Both the position numbers and the translations under genes were made by a program. Positions 21,148-32,052 of a DNA stretch of 37,784 nucleotides are shown piece after piece. Under the pieces are notes generated by a model that saw nothing but the letters and a program-made list of their open reading frames with translations, did no database searches and had not been told where the DNA came from. Position 1 is the first letter of the stretch. Each line of letters starts with the position of its first letter. The DNA is taken from NCBI GenBank assembly GCA_030167865.1, contig JALAGF010001544.1:1-37784 (forward strand). The letters are read 5' to 3'. The DNA comes from Craspedostauros australis (lineage: Eukaryota).

Positions 21148-21817
21148 TCAGAACTTCTTCTCCAGCACGTAGCAATCCGGTGGCTCCAACCTCCGATAGT
21201 AGTTCCGGACCAAACCACCCTTCGTGAAATCGAATCGCTGCGTGTAAAAGTCAATGGCATCCTCATTCGACACTTGGACATGCAACCGTATCGATCGCAG
21301 CTTGCCATACGTCCCATCACGATGCAGCTCGCAATGATCCAACACCGACTGCAACAGCTGCGACCCAATACCCCGACTCCGATACGGTGCCAACACGCCC
21401 AACGTCATGATGTAGACGTGTGCATCTTTGTTAGCATGACGCTTCGCGGGAGTCTCCACGCGACAGCAGACGGCACCGACGATCTTGCCATTGACGCTGG
21501 CGAATTTGCAGAATCCATCATCCTTGCGTTGCACGATGGTGTCGTAGAACGACTTTTGGTAGTGTATGGGAAAGCAGGCGTGATGAATTCGTCGGAGCTG
21601 TGCGTATGCATGGATGAGTGTATGCATGGAGTGTGAGTGTATGTGAGTGACGATAACAGCACGGACTCAACGCAACGCAATGCCACGAAACACAATGCCG
21701 CGGATTGCCACAGAGCAGACAATGCCATGCAATGACACCAACCTTCCCATCGCATCATACGGCACTCACATGTTTGACGTTGTGTTCGTTGATGCCTTCG
21801 AACTTCACCTTGAGCAT
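21148..21817 (-). CDS. NAA50: N-alpha-acetyltransferase 50 (NatE catalytic subunit, GNAT); exons 21817-21770 and 21597-21148
   Basis: The spliced product MLKVKFEGINEHNVKH|LRRIHHACFPIHYQKSFY...VGAVCCR...YIMTLGVLAPYRSRGIGS...LHVQVSNEDAIDFY...NYYRRLEPPDCYVLEK matches NAA50/San. Phase-0 GTGAGT...CAG intron. Confidence 0.92.
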
Positions 21818-22621
21818 CGTTGCGCGGGTATTCGAAAGTAGAATGCGATGCAATTGGTATCAGAGTATCCGTAGTGTATTATGAACTCCAGCTCCGACGC
21901 ACACTCCAATGCGCTGCTGTCGACAAAACAATGCAACGTCGAATGCAATCAGGATGATGAAATTCGTTGCGCCCTCTTCCGCCGTTGTTGAGTGTTGGGA
22001 TTCTGAACTTGTTGTGTGGTTGTGGTTGTGGTTGTCTTTGAGTGAACAGTGCACGATGGAGGGATTGGCCGATGCAACAACTGAATGGCGGAACATCAAG
22101 GAACCCCCGTCTTGATGTTTCTGTTGTTGTTCTTTGCACTTTGATGTGTGTGTGTGTGTTGAAGTGCTGAAATGTTGATGTCACAACCCGTGGACAGCCA
22201 TCAACCATGCAGACCGAATTCGTGGACTCTGTCTACTCGTAATTTGTCTGTTTGGTTGCGTCGAAAGGGATGTGAATTCTTGGCGCGCAATTGCTTCTCG
22301 ATTCGTTTTTGAAGGTACATAAACAGCCTCTTTCGAATCATGGCGAAGTCGTGGGAAGAAAAGCACAAAGCTCGAAACGACGCAACATGTGCGGTGCCCA
22401 CCAACCAAACACTACCGCAGTGCCACGCTGGGAGAGACGGCAGATGGCGTTGATGTGGATGCTCATCATTCACACCATCATTCGCACCATCGGCCGCACC
22501 ATCGGTCGCACCACCATTCGCACCATCCCTCTGCGTGTGCGGTCCGTCATAGCTGGAAAAAGGCGATGCATAGCTCCAGATAGCGACAGATATTGTAGAT
22601 AGCAGCGATAGAACGGCCAAG

Positions 22622-24241
22622 ATGGAAGTCGGCGACAAGGCATACTGCTTCGAGATCGCACGACGTTCCGTGAGCAGAGCAGCGCTGCACTTGGGCATCG
22701 AGAGCATGTCGGAAGAGTCGCTGGATGCGATGGCGGACATCCTGCTGGAGTACCTGGGCCGGTTCGGCAAGACGCTGTCGCATCTGGTGGAGACGTCGGG
22801 CAGGACGTCGTCGCATTGCAACGTGCTGGACGCCTTCGCGACCGCGGAGCTCGTGACGTCGCCGTCCGTCTCAAGGCTGCACTTCGATGCGTCGGGCGGC
22901 CATGATTCCATGCTGCTGGGCGATGCCGGGGCGTCCGCCACGCAGAAGGCCGCCATGAAGCAGCGCAGCATGAACAACGTGGGGTGGAGGCAGCTTGCGG
23001 AGTTCTGCTTTGGACACAAGTGGTTGGATCTCAAGGTGTCCGGCGTGCACGATCGCAGCCACCCGCTCAACGTCGGCACCGCGCGCGGGGGCAAGCAGGG
23101 ACCGTCCGCCGCCCAGAGCGCTGCGGCTGCCAGCGCCAACGGAGATGCCAACGGCACGGCCAAGGGAGCAAAGGCGGATGGATGGATCGCACCGTACCTG
23201 CATGAAGTCGTGCCGTTTCCGAGAGCGAGTCCCGATTGTGCCAACCCGCATTGTTTGGATCCCAAGATCGCGCTGTCCCTGCATCCCAAGGAGACCTACA
23301 CGGTGGAGGACACCGTGGAGCAGGAGATCGTCACGACCGAAGCCGACATGGCCAACCTGCCGGACGAGCTCTTCTCCATCGTCACGGAGCATCACACGGG
23401 ATGGGGGAACCCGATGTCGCAGAGAAAACGGAAGATGGATTCCATGGGTCGGGACGGGGGTGCTGGTGGCATTGCGGGTGCGGATGATACGAGCAACGAC
23501 GTCGCCATGAAGGATGCGGATGGCAAGAAGTCCGCGTCGTCCAAGAAGGATAAGGCCATGTCGCCACCACCGAGCAAAAAGGCCAAGACAGCAGCGAGTG
23601 CTGGCGACGGTTCCAGCAAGCAACAGGGCAAGTCACGGTCACAAGCCAAAGGCAAGGGCAAGTCGAAGGCGGCCGCAGCAGCAGCAGCTAGCAGCAAGGC
23701 TGGCGGCAATGCAAGTAATAACAATGAGGGCAACAAAGCGGATGCAGATGGCAACGACAATGACGAGGGACGTGAAGCAGCGGTGGCCCGACCAGCGTAT
23801 CTCCCGTCCTTCTACCCACTCCCACCTCCGATTGCAACCGACACAGCCCAAAAGAACAAACGTTCCATCGTTGACGATTCCAAGATTGCAGGTCTGGTAT
23901 TGCCGACACCGAATGCGTCCTCGACAGCAGCGGGCGCATCTTCATCATCAACAGCAGCGACGGCAGCAGCCACAACAGCAACCACAAAGAGCGGATCGGC
24001 ATCACAACAGTGGAACGATGGCGATGTCAAATCATCGCTCGTAGAATTGGGCACGTACTGGGGATCCGGATGGGACGATGCCATCGCGGCCGCCAAGCTC
24101 GCGGTGCCGCTGGGACGCAAGAACGGCCAAGGCGGCTCTTCCTCCGATTCCAACGCGGCCATCGTTCCATTGGGACGTGCCAGCGGCTCGCGAATAAGTC
24201 GCATTCTGGAAGGTAGCATGGATGCGGCGGCGATGCAATGA
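22622..24241 (+). CDS. Bromodomain-associated (Bromo_TP) histone-fold protein, TAF8/TAF3-like TFIID subunit
   Basis: N-terminal histone fold (ARRSVSRAALHLGIESMSEESLDAMADILLEYLGRFGK...SGRT...CNVLD), then VVPFP, NLS-like RKRK and PPSKKAK, and RPAYLPSFYPLPP, which recalls the TAF8 C-terminal Pro motif. Confidence 0.75.
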   Translation: MEVGDKAYCFEIARRSVSRAALHLGIESMSEESLDAMADILLEYLGRFGKTLSHLVETSGRTSSHCNVLDAFATAELVTSPSVSRLHFDASGGHDSMLLGDAGASATQKAAMKQRSMNNVGWRQLAEFCFGHKWLDLKVSGVHDRSHPLNVGTARGGKQGPSAAQSAAAASANGDANGTAKGAKADGWIAPYLHEVVPFPRASPDCANPHCLDPKIALSLHPKETYTVEDTVEQEIVTTEADMANLPDELFSIVTEHHTGWGNPMSQRKRKMDSMGRDGGAGGIAGADDTSNDVAMKDADGKKSASSKKDKAMSPPPSKKAKTAASAGDGSSKQQGKSRSQAKGKGKSKAAAAAAASSKAGGNASNNNEGNKADADGNDNDEGREAAVARPAYLPSFYPLPPPIATDTAQKNKRSIVDDSKIAGLVLPTPNASSTAAGASSSSTAATAAATTATTKSGSASQQWNDGDVKSSLVELGTYWGSGWDDAIAAAKLAVPLGRKNGQGGSSSDSNAAIVPLGRASGSRISRILEGSMDAAAMQ

Positions 24242-24409
24242 CGCAAGCGGAGGCAACCGCAACGATGGCGACCGCGATGCTACACTACTTTAGTATTCTC
24301 CCGTGTCCTTCTGCTCTTCACTTTTTTCTCCATGTGATGTACTCCACTCGTAGTCCTTGCAATATAGCCGCACTTTGTGTACGGCTCACTTCTCTCTCTC
24401 TCTAGAAAG

Positions 24410-24913
24410 CTAGTTGTCCAACGACTCGTACATCATCATCTTCATCCTGCACATGTTGATGTCGATCCCGCTCAACCCGTCCATCGCCACATGATTGTCC
24501 ATCTGCACGACCAAAGCCACGATCGCGCCCACCACGGCTGCAAGGCTCAGAACTTCCGCCACTTCCACCGCGCGCTGCGCGCCGTCCCAACACTCGTTGC
24601 GGCTGGGACGCTGCTGCGTCACAATCCACACGAACACCGTGACACCGGCCGATACAAGCACGCCCTGATAGCAGAATCGCTCCAGCCAGTTGGCCATCTG
24701 CAGCGGACCGCAGCCCGTTGTCACGACGGCGTACTCGCTCCACAGCACACCGACGGAGCAGCCCATGCTGATGTCGGCCACGCCCGATGCGATGCCCTCG
24801 TCGCGTTGCGTCAGCTGCAGCGCGGTCGTTTGGTGTGCGCGTTGCGGCGTGATGAAGGCGGCCGTGGCGCGCAGGTGCAGGAGGCACGCGATGAGGAAGG
24901 ATCGCATCATCAT
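24410..24913 (-). CDS. Small plastid-targeted membrane protein of unknown function (WSEY...TTGCG motif)
   Basis: Presequence MMMRSFLIACLLHLRATAA-FITP, three hydrophobic segments, and motif VLWSEYAVVTTGCGP, which recalls uncharacterised algal/plant plastid membrane proteins. Confidence 0.65.
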   Translation of the reverse strand: MMMRSFLIACLLHLRATAAFITPQRAHQTTALQLTQRDEGIASGVADISMGCSVGVLWSEYAVVTTGCGPLQMANWLERFCYQGVLVSAGVTVFVWIVTQQRPSRNECWDGAQRAVEVAEVLSLAAVVGAIVALVVQMDNHVAMDGLSGIDINMCRMKMMMYESLDN

Positions 24914-25477
24914 CGTTGTTGCTGTTGCTGATGCTGTTGCTTGTGGATCAGTGTTCGTTGAGAGGATGGTATGGTGACTGGGATCGGTTCCGATGGATGA
25001 TTGATTGTTGTGTGACAAGCATCCATCAAAGATCGGGGCGAGAGGGGGGTGTCTCAATTCGCATTCCGAAGTTTTGGCGCCAAGGATACCACCACCTCAT
25101 TCGCAACGAACTGGAGTGGCGATGTGTAGCACTTAGTCAATACTCTACCAGTGCTGTGCTTCAGCTACACTCGTAGGGGACGCAAACTTCACAACCACAA
25201 ACTCTCCAACTCATGCTCCATGCGACACAGTTTATTTTGCTTATTGTCTTGTGCTCTTGGCCATTTAAATGGTCAGCCCGTCCAAGATCTCACTTGATGG
25301 GACCTCTCCGTGGAGTATCCCAATCATCGTTCCAACCTTCGCTCCAATGTACTCTACAATACTTGTAACTCCCATCATCATCGGTGTTGTCGTCGTTGCC
25401 GTCTGAGACGAGACGTGAATTCCTTTCTGAATTGACGCGACGACCCGAACGTCCATTCGTCTGAAGCCCTTGCTCGT

Positions 25478-25480
<3 letters not shown>

Positions 25481-25510
<30 letters not shown>
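25481..25510. repeat. (CT)15 microsatellite
   Basis: Read directly. Confidence 0.9.
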
Positions 25511-25512
<2 letters not shown>

Positions 25513-25869
25513 GCCCGTCAAGACTCGGGCCATCTTCCTCGTATGTAATAGCTCTTCTATCATTCACTAGTCCAATCATTCGCGCTCGTGAGGTGTAGCA
25601 TGCAATGCCGCTCAAAATCTTGGGCCACATCTCCCATACTTGTTCTCGCATTTCACCATTCCATTGAGTATGCCATTGAGGATGCAATACTATGACGCAG
25701 CACAGCACAATAGCAACGCTCTCTGGCGTCGTCCTCGAATCACTCTTTTCCGCCCGGTTCCGCTCTCCATCCAATTCGCATGCTGCGATGCAAGTGTTTC
25801 ACCATGTGCACACACCGTCCAATGAAAGAATTGGATTCGCCAGCCAACCATCCAACCAGCTGACTCTGT

Positions 25870-27111
25870 CTAGTACTGCGCATACCCTTGTGGCTGCTGC
25901 GCATATCCATACTGCGGTGCCGGTGGCTGGCCGTACATACCGGCTGGCGGTGGCTGCGGCGGCTGTCTGGGTGGCTGAGCAAAGGAAGGTGCCGATCCGT
26001 AACTCACCATGCTCTGGTTGCTGGGGCTGGTGAGATTGGGCGGTGCGCTTCCGTAGGCTGGTGCGCCTCCATAGGCTGGTGCGCCGTACGCCGATTGCGG
26101 GGCGAGAGGAGGCATGCCGGCCGGGGGCGGAGCTGGAGCTTGGCTGTAGTACGGCGTGATGGCGCCGGGAGCTGGAGCACCGAATGGCTGAGTCGTCTGC
26201 TGCGGTGGAAGCGGCGGTTGTCCCCAGGGCTGCGGCGGAGCGGCGGCCGGTGGTTGCGGCGGCATCTGCTGAGGAGGCAGCGCGTAGTTGTTGTACACTG
26301 CTCCCGCCGGCGGAGGTGGCTGCTGCTGGTGATGTTGCTGCAGCGATGGATCCAGCGTGAGGCTCGACACCAACGTCGGCTGTCCCCTTTGGGGAATAGG
26401 AGGCGGCACGGGATCGTCGAAGGAGATGAGACTGGCCTCGTCCTTGGCTCCGACCGAACTGGAATGGGAATACGACTTGGTGATCTGCTGATCCCCGCTG
26501 AGCTGCTGCGTCTGATAGTCCTGCAGACTTGCCCGCTTGGCCGCCTCGATGGCCTCCCTCTCCTCCGCGGTGAGATCGTCACCACCACCGCGGCTCCTGT
26601 GGGAGTGGGCATGCGATCGTCCGTGACCTCTGCGCCCGGAGCGGCCACGGTGCACGGGACGCACCATCATGGCGGGCGTTCCGAGCTGGAAGATCTTGGA
26701 GAAGGCAAAGTAGCTGACGCCGCTGAGCCTGAGGTCGAACGGGCGCGAGCCTGGAACGTCCTTGGATGCCGGGGCGGTGATGAGGTGGCACTTGAGCGGG
26801 CTGCTGATGCCGGGCACCTTGAGGGGGAACTTGTGCTGAAAGACCTGGTCGGCCGTCCAGCCGTTCTGGCCGGACTCGCTGTAGTGCACGTCCTTGCCAT
26901 CGGCCAGGATCTGGCGCTTGCCGGAGTTGAGGGACCAGATGAAGATGACCTCGTGCTCGCTGCCGCGGCAATCGGGACCGCTCTTTCCGCTGGCGATGAA
27001 GTCGTTGTTGGCGACGCCGAACTTGAACGAGACCCTCTTCTTGGAGAAGCCGAACGTCTTGGACACGTTCTGGTCCGAGTAGTCCACCTGGTAGGGGACG
27101 AAGGTGGCCAT
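25870..27111 (-). CDS. Protein with FAIM1-like beta domain, UIM-like helix, clathrin-box-like motif and Pro/Gln/Tyr-rich tail
   Basis: 413-aa ORF with strong C/G3 codon bias. Motifs: HEVIFIWSLNSGKRQILADGKDV, EEREAIEAAKRASLQDY, LISFDD, and a PPQ/AYG-rich C-terminus. Confidence 0.75.
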   Translation of the reverse strand: MATFVPYQVDYSDQNVSKTFGFSKKRVSFKFGVANNDFIASGKSGPDCRGSEHEVIFIWSLNSGKRQILADGKDVHYSESGQNGWTADQVFQHKFPLKVPGISSPLKCHLITAPASKDVPGSRPFDLRLSGVSYFAFSKIFQLGTPAMMVRPVHRGRSGRRGHGRSHAHSHRSRGGGDDLTAEEREAIEAAKRASLQDYQTQQLSGDQQITKSYSHSSSVGAKDEASLISFDDPVPPPIPQRGQPTLVSSLTLDPSLQQHHQQQPPPPAGAVYNNYALPPQQMPPQPPAAAPPQPWGQPPLPPQQTTQPFGAPAPGAITPYYSQAPAPPPAGMPPLAPQSAYGAPAYGGAPAYGSAPPNLTSPSNQSMVSYGSAPSFAQPPRQPPQPPPAGMYGQPPAPQYGYAQQPQGYAQY

Positions 27112-28054
27112 GTTGCTGTTGCTACTGCTGCTATGACTGCGATTACTGCTATTATTACTGTCGCTGTCGACCCTTCTGTGGTTGTTTGGTCAGATGCAGG
27201 CGCAGATGGAGACAACGCGGATTATGCGAAGCGTGTGATTGGTGTTGATGCTGGTGCTGGTGCTGATGCTGACTGTTGCTCTGCAATCGCTGCAAGCCGC
27301 GCCTTCATGTACTCGTACGATCTATGCTATACACGACACCGCGATCAGTCGTGCCCGTTCTCTGTTGTGATAGTGATGCACGAGATGGCTTGTTCACTTG
27401 TCTTCACTCCACTTCACTTCGTGGACAGGGTATGGCCTCTCTCTCTCTTGGGAATCCTCTTGTCTGTTGCTGCTTCGCATGTGTGTTTGTGCAACCGGCG
27501 GCGATGAAGGCGGAGGGGACACAGAGAGAGGAAGAATTGGGTGGAGAGGCCTTCTTCCCTCGGAACGAAGCAAACCGAACAACTGCCGTGGACCTCACGA
27601 ACACCGAAGACGATGCGGTCGGAGGTGGTTTGGATCCTCGGTGACTCGTCCGTCGAGATCCTTCTTGTGAAGCTTTTTCACTCACGGCACGCGGTGGGAT
27701 CGTGCATTTCAAATTGTCCATGACGGACAAACAATTGCCATCGTTGATTTATTTAGCACTAACAACTTGGCCGTTCACAAAACACATTTTGGAGAAATCC
27801 GGCGAAAGGGACATCGGATCCGATCAGTCGATGGTGCAGAACTGCTTTTGGCACGATTGGAGTGTCTCTTCCATTCGTGGAGTTAGCAAGCGCATTGAGA
27901 CAAGAGCGTCTGCATCAGTATGGAAGGGTATTGTCAGGGATGTGCATTCGTAGTAAGCGATGGCATTACCATACGTGCACAAAGTCGCCATTCATATGAG
28001 TGCTACATATGCTCGGCAAGAGGATCAGAGCATGCTCGAGTACTCTGTTATCGT

Positions 28055-30874
28055 TCACTGCTCCGTCACGCCGTCCATGTCAGAGTCGGGCAGATGCGGA
28101 CAATCCTCCAAATGCAGCGCATGGACCTGAAAGCAAGCCAGCACGGTCTCCGGAAGCTCGTGCTGTTCGGCAGCTTCGATGATGAAGGCGAAGGCGATGC
28201 TCAACGACTTCGTGTGACCCTTCACGACGGACAGGATGCCCTTGGCGATGCGCGACGCCGTGATGATCACGTCGACCTCGTACACCCCCTTTCGGTTGCC
28301 GTCGGGTTCGTTGAAGAAGTACTGCAGCGGGATCACCTGGCCCAGTAGAGCCGGGGCCGTTCCGTTTCCCACTGCTGCACGCACTATCCAAGGGCCGTCG
28401 ACGACGACGGGAAGCAGCTTCAGTCGGGCATCGCGATACTGCTGGTCGCCCTTCAGGAATTTCTGCCACACGTCGCGCAGCTTTCCCGGGAACTCCTCCA
28501 GCGGTGGGATTGTGAAGTAGGACACCAGGTTTCCAAAGGGGAGCAGGAAGTTCACGAGGAACGTGTCTTCGTCACCAAGTTTGCCACCCAGCACGCTGGG
28601 ATGCCGCGCGATATGTCTGGGCGGGTTGTCGGTCAACCAAACATCGACGCCACGGCACTTCAGCGGCGATTGTCCCGACGGTATCTTGATCTTATCCTCC
28701 AGATAGTTGTGACCACGCACGCGGAATATCTTGTCCTCGGGGAGGGACCAACACGAAGCACCGCCGTTCTCTGGATACACTGGCAGCGGCGACGACAGGC
28801 GGTCATTGTTGATGGTGTCGGCATCCTCAATCCCATCGCTATCATCGTCATGGATCTCGCCGTCGACAGTCTCCGTGTCATCGCCCTCGTCAATGACCGC
28901 GCTCGGACCCAAGACGACTCCATCGCTCGCCAAAGAAGCTGCGGCGGGACCGACCGGCCCAACATCGTCGGACGACTCTTCCACGCTGATGGTGGTATTT
29001 GGCAATCCTGTGAGCCGCTTGGCGCCGTTGTTTCGGCTGCCGCGACCGGTCGCCGCGGACTGCTTTGAAAGCGCAGATCTACGAGTGCCTGACACGTTCG
29101 GAACGGATCGTCTGGACGTTCGTTGCCTGCCGTGTGAATTGATTTGCGCAGACGCCCTCGATGACGTGCTGTACAGTCCAAGACCAAATGCCGTTATCCA
29201 AGATAGAATAAGAATATCGATCCGCATTGAGACGTTCCACGCAACGTAACGTTGATAGACATTCCACAGCGGTCCGACACAGGCAAGCACAACGCCGCCA
29301 CACACGATGATCGTCCACAAGTAGAGCTGTGCCAGAAGCAGTTGCCATTTGGGCAGCAGCGTTCGATTGTTCTTTGTGTCTTTCGCCAGCCAATTCTTGA
29401 CGAAAAGGTCGGTGGAGATGGACGGTGCGGGCTGCGCCGTTTGAGTGTACGCCACGTATTGGGGATCATGCAGCGTCCACCACGTCGACGGCATTTCTTT
29501 GGGCTGCGTCGGCGCTTTTGCTTTGGTTTTCGACGACGCCTTTCCAGAACGCTTAGTGGATGACGTGGACTGATAGTCGAGCAAACCGAAACACTTGCGG
29601 ATCGTTTGCGAATTAACAATGACAGGGTCCATTGATACGGCACGCAGAATCCCGTCCACGGTGGAACACGCACGCTGAAAATCTTCCGGGATGCAAAGTG
29701 ACGTCGGAAGCGCCGCCGTCGTTGTGTTAGCAGCGATGGTGGGGACCGTCAACATGCGCTTTTGCAGCTTGGTGACGAAGGGCAGCTTGAGAGGAGATTT
29801 ACGATCGACCTCCGTGCCAAGGCGATCCATGATGGCCTCGAGATCTTGCAAGGTTCGCATCGCGCGTCGTTCGGAGACGCTGATCAAGGTATCATTTCGC
29901 AACTGCAGCAGGAGGAGGTGTATATCGTAGGCAACTTCGAATTGCAGGGAGCGTATCCGAACGACACGGGCCTTGTGGACCTTGGTGACGACGATGGTCT
30001 TTGTTTTAACGTTGGCCTCGTTGCCCTCCAGCTCCGTCTTGGAAATGAAGCTGACGTCGCCCATGCTGTTGCTGTCGTTGGTAGCGATCGATGTGTCCCC
30101 GGCCATCTGCTGAACCACCTTTCCGGCCGGTGTGACCAACGACCGTTGCTGCGAGAACGTGACGGTTGGCGGGGATTGCGCTGTACTGAGCTGCGCAGAA
30201 GTTGGCGATGCGGCGAAGGGCGATGTGTAGGTCACCGGAGAGGAGGTAACGTGCCGTCCCGGAGTGATGAAGGCGGGGGAGGACCCGTGGAAGCTGCCGG
30301 AGCTGGCACGTGAGAGGCTGGGCCGCGCCTGACACATGGTGGCCGCCCACTGCAACGCGATGACCCAGGTCTGGGCCTCGACGAGGGTGGAGACCGCGCA
30401 GAAGAAGTCCCTTGGCATGACAGGCTCCGGAGGACCACAGGCGGCAAGCATCTCCGGCGATGACACGACCTGCTGTCGCTGGCCTCGGAAGAGGAAGCCG
30501 AAGGAACCACGCGGAAGCCCCACGTGCAGATCTCTGAGAGTTGTGACATCGATGATGCGAGCATTGAGGATGAAGAGAGTGTCCTTGGGGATCATGTTAA
30601 CGTGCGCCCAATCGCTGTCCTCGGGAAGCGCGATGTCCGCGGTCGGAGGCAGCTCATAGTATCTCACAAGACCCGAATCCAGGACCTCCATGTAGCGAGG
30701 CCTCCACACCCGTCGTATCTTGCCTCGGATGTGAGCTCTGCCAGCATGACGGATGGGTTGTTCTGATGGGTTCTGTCTTGCCGGAGGGTTCAGCTGGTGT
30801 TGTTGCTGATGTTGCTGTTGTTGCTGCTGTCGGTCTTCAGAGTCGTTCATCATGACTGTTGTATAATATGACAT
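28055..30874 (-). CDS. PH-domain plus EDR2 C-terminal (DUF1336) protein with two central hydrophobic segments
   Basis: PH-like region RRVWRPRYMEVL...LVRYYE...EAQTWVIALQWA. EDR2_C region CWSLPEDKIFRVRGHNYLEDKIKIPS...RDARLKLLPVVVDGPWIVRAAVG...YEVDVII...FAFIIEAAEQHELPETVLACFQ. First in-frame ATG at 30874 (or 30853). Confidence 0.85.
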   Translation of the reverse strand: MSYYTTVMMNDSEDRQQQQQQHQQQHQLNPPARQNPSEQPIRHAGRAHIRGKIRRVWRPRYMEVLDSGLVRYYELPPTADIALPEDSDWAHVNMIPKDTLFILNARIIDVTTLRDLHVGLPRGSFGFLFRGQRQQVVSSPEMLAACGPPEPVMPRDFFCAVSTLVEAQTWVIALQWAATMCQARPSLSRASSGSFHGSSPAFITPGRHVTSSPVTYTSPFAASPTSAQLSTAQSPPTVTFSQQRSLVTPAGKVVQQMAGDTSIATNDSNSMGDVSFISKTELEGNEANVKTKTIVVTKVHKARVVRIRSLQFEVAYDIHLLLLQLRNDTLISVSERRAMRTLQDLEAIMDRLGTEVDRKSPLKLPFVTKLQKRMLTVPTIAANTTTAALPTSLCIPEDFQRACSTVDGILRAVSMDPVIVNSQTIRKCFGLLDYQSTSSTKRSGKASSKTKAKAPTQPKEMPSTWWTLHDPQYVAYTQTAQPAPSISTDLFVKNWLAKDTKNNRTLLPKWQLLLAQLYLWTIIVCGGVVLACVGPLWNVYQRYVAWNVSMRIDILILSWITAFGLGLYSTSSRASAQINSHGRQRTSRRSVPNVSGTRRSALSKQSAATGRGSRNNGAKRLTGLPNTTISVEESSDDVGPVGPAAASLASDGVVLGPSAVIDEGDDTETVDGEIHDDDSDGIEDADTINNDRLSSPLPVYPENGGASCWSLPEDKIFRVRGHNYLEDKIKIPSGQSPLKCRGVDVWLTDNPPRHIARHPSVLGGKLGDEDTFLVNFLLPFGNLVSYFTIPPLEEFPGKLRDVWQKFLKGDQQYRDARLKLLPVVVDGPWIVRAAVGNGTAPALLGQVIPLQYFFNEPDGNRKGVYEVDVIITASRIAKGILSVVKGHTKSLSIAFAFIIEAAEQHELPETVLACFQVHALHLEDCPHLPDSDMDGVTEQ

Positions 30875-32052
30875 GTAGAGTGTGGTATGGAGTGATTTCG
30901 ATCTCGATGGCGGATCGGAGCGGCGAAGTTGCGATTGTCGGAGGCAGCTCTCGGCGGTGGAGAACAGGTGTGATGTGATGGCTTCACGGAAGGAATGCCC
31001 ATCACAGGCTCCAACTTGTGGAGTCAAGAAGAATCTCCTTTTGTCTGTTATCTGTGATCTGTTGCTTGTTGCTTGTGGATCCGCTGCGAGTGTTCCAATG
31101 ACGCTCGTCAGCACTGCAGTGCAATGCGACACAATGTGTCCTGTCTCAACCGATGTATACCGCGTATACTTTGTATTGACTGCTCTCAGTGTTGATGCAG
31201 ATGTGAATGTGAATGGAACGCAGATGCGTCCCTACTCTGCAAAGATAGGAATTACTCTTGGTTGGAAAGAGAAAGAAAGCAGGAACGCCTGAACCGCGAC
31301 TGCGCCTGTGGAGGCGTGGGTGGCAGAGTAAAAGCGCGGAAGGTGTGCAGCTCGTGGAGAACCTGGGCAGCAACGTACTCGGACGCGCAGAGCGAGTGGA
31401 CTCTCTGCAAACACAAGGTGTGGATGTGTTCGCAGTGTACGTGTATAGGACTAATATCAGTGTCCGCAGTAGAGTAGTATAACGCGATCCACTAATATGC
31501 AACTGTGCGGCCCGTTGACTGTGTGAAGAAAGTGGAGACAGGGACCTCTCGTGCGCTGCACTTGTACAGTACGATGATCTCGGTGATGGCAGCGATGGTG
31601 GTGGTTTCGATGATGGCAATGATGGCAATGATGGCTGAGGTCTTCGCATGCTGCGCTCTTGCCCCGATTGGGCCGATCTTGCCAAAGAAAAAGGGGATCA
31701 ACACAAAAGGAACAGAGAAGTCGTGGTTGATGCCACACACAAAAAGAGAAACAGAGATCAAGAGGCTCCGTTCCGTTCTGTCGCTGTTTTCCGTGTGCGT
31801 TGTGCAAAACGGATCTTTTTGTGGTCGAGTTGGTCAATTTGCCTCCAAACGCGAACCAGTCAACACCGCGCCACGAGTCATCAAATCGCCGTTCCTTCGA
31901 AACGTCTCCATCGCCTTCCGGACCGCCATCGTCAATCGCCACCATCTCTCTCCTCTTCGTCCTCTCCATCTCTCAGTCTCCGTTCATCACAATGACACAA
32001 ACACCGCCAACAGCCAATTCAACGACAGAGCGCACGACAAAGCACACAAGGA

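Noticed and set aside
19216-21817. ACS-like enzyme + acetyltransferase as a biosynthetic cluster modifying the silaffin-like protein
   Set aside because: The GNAT is a canonical cytosolic NAA50 and neither enzyme has a secretory signal; adjacency alone is not evidence.
25888-27507. 539-aa plus-strand ORF
   Set aside because: Antisense shadow of the FAIM-like/Pro-rich gene.
30875-31132. Upstream extension of the 1025-aa ORF (also 35179-35280 of the TOG ORF and 24914-25057)
   Set aside because: The extensions begin at non-ATG codons and look like UTR sequence; downstream ATGs are preferred.
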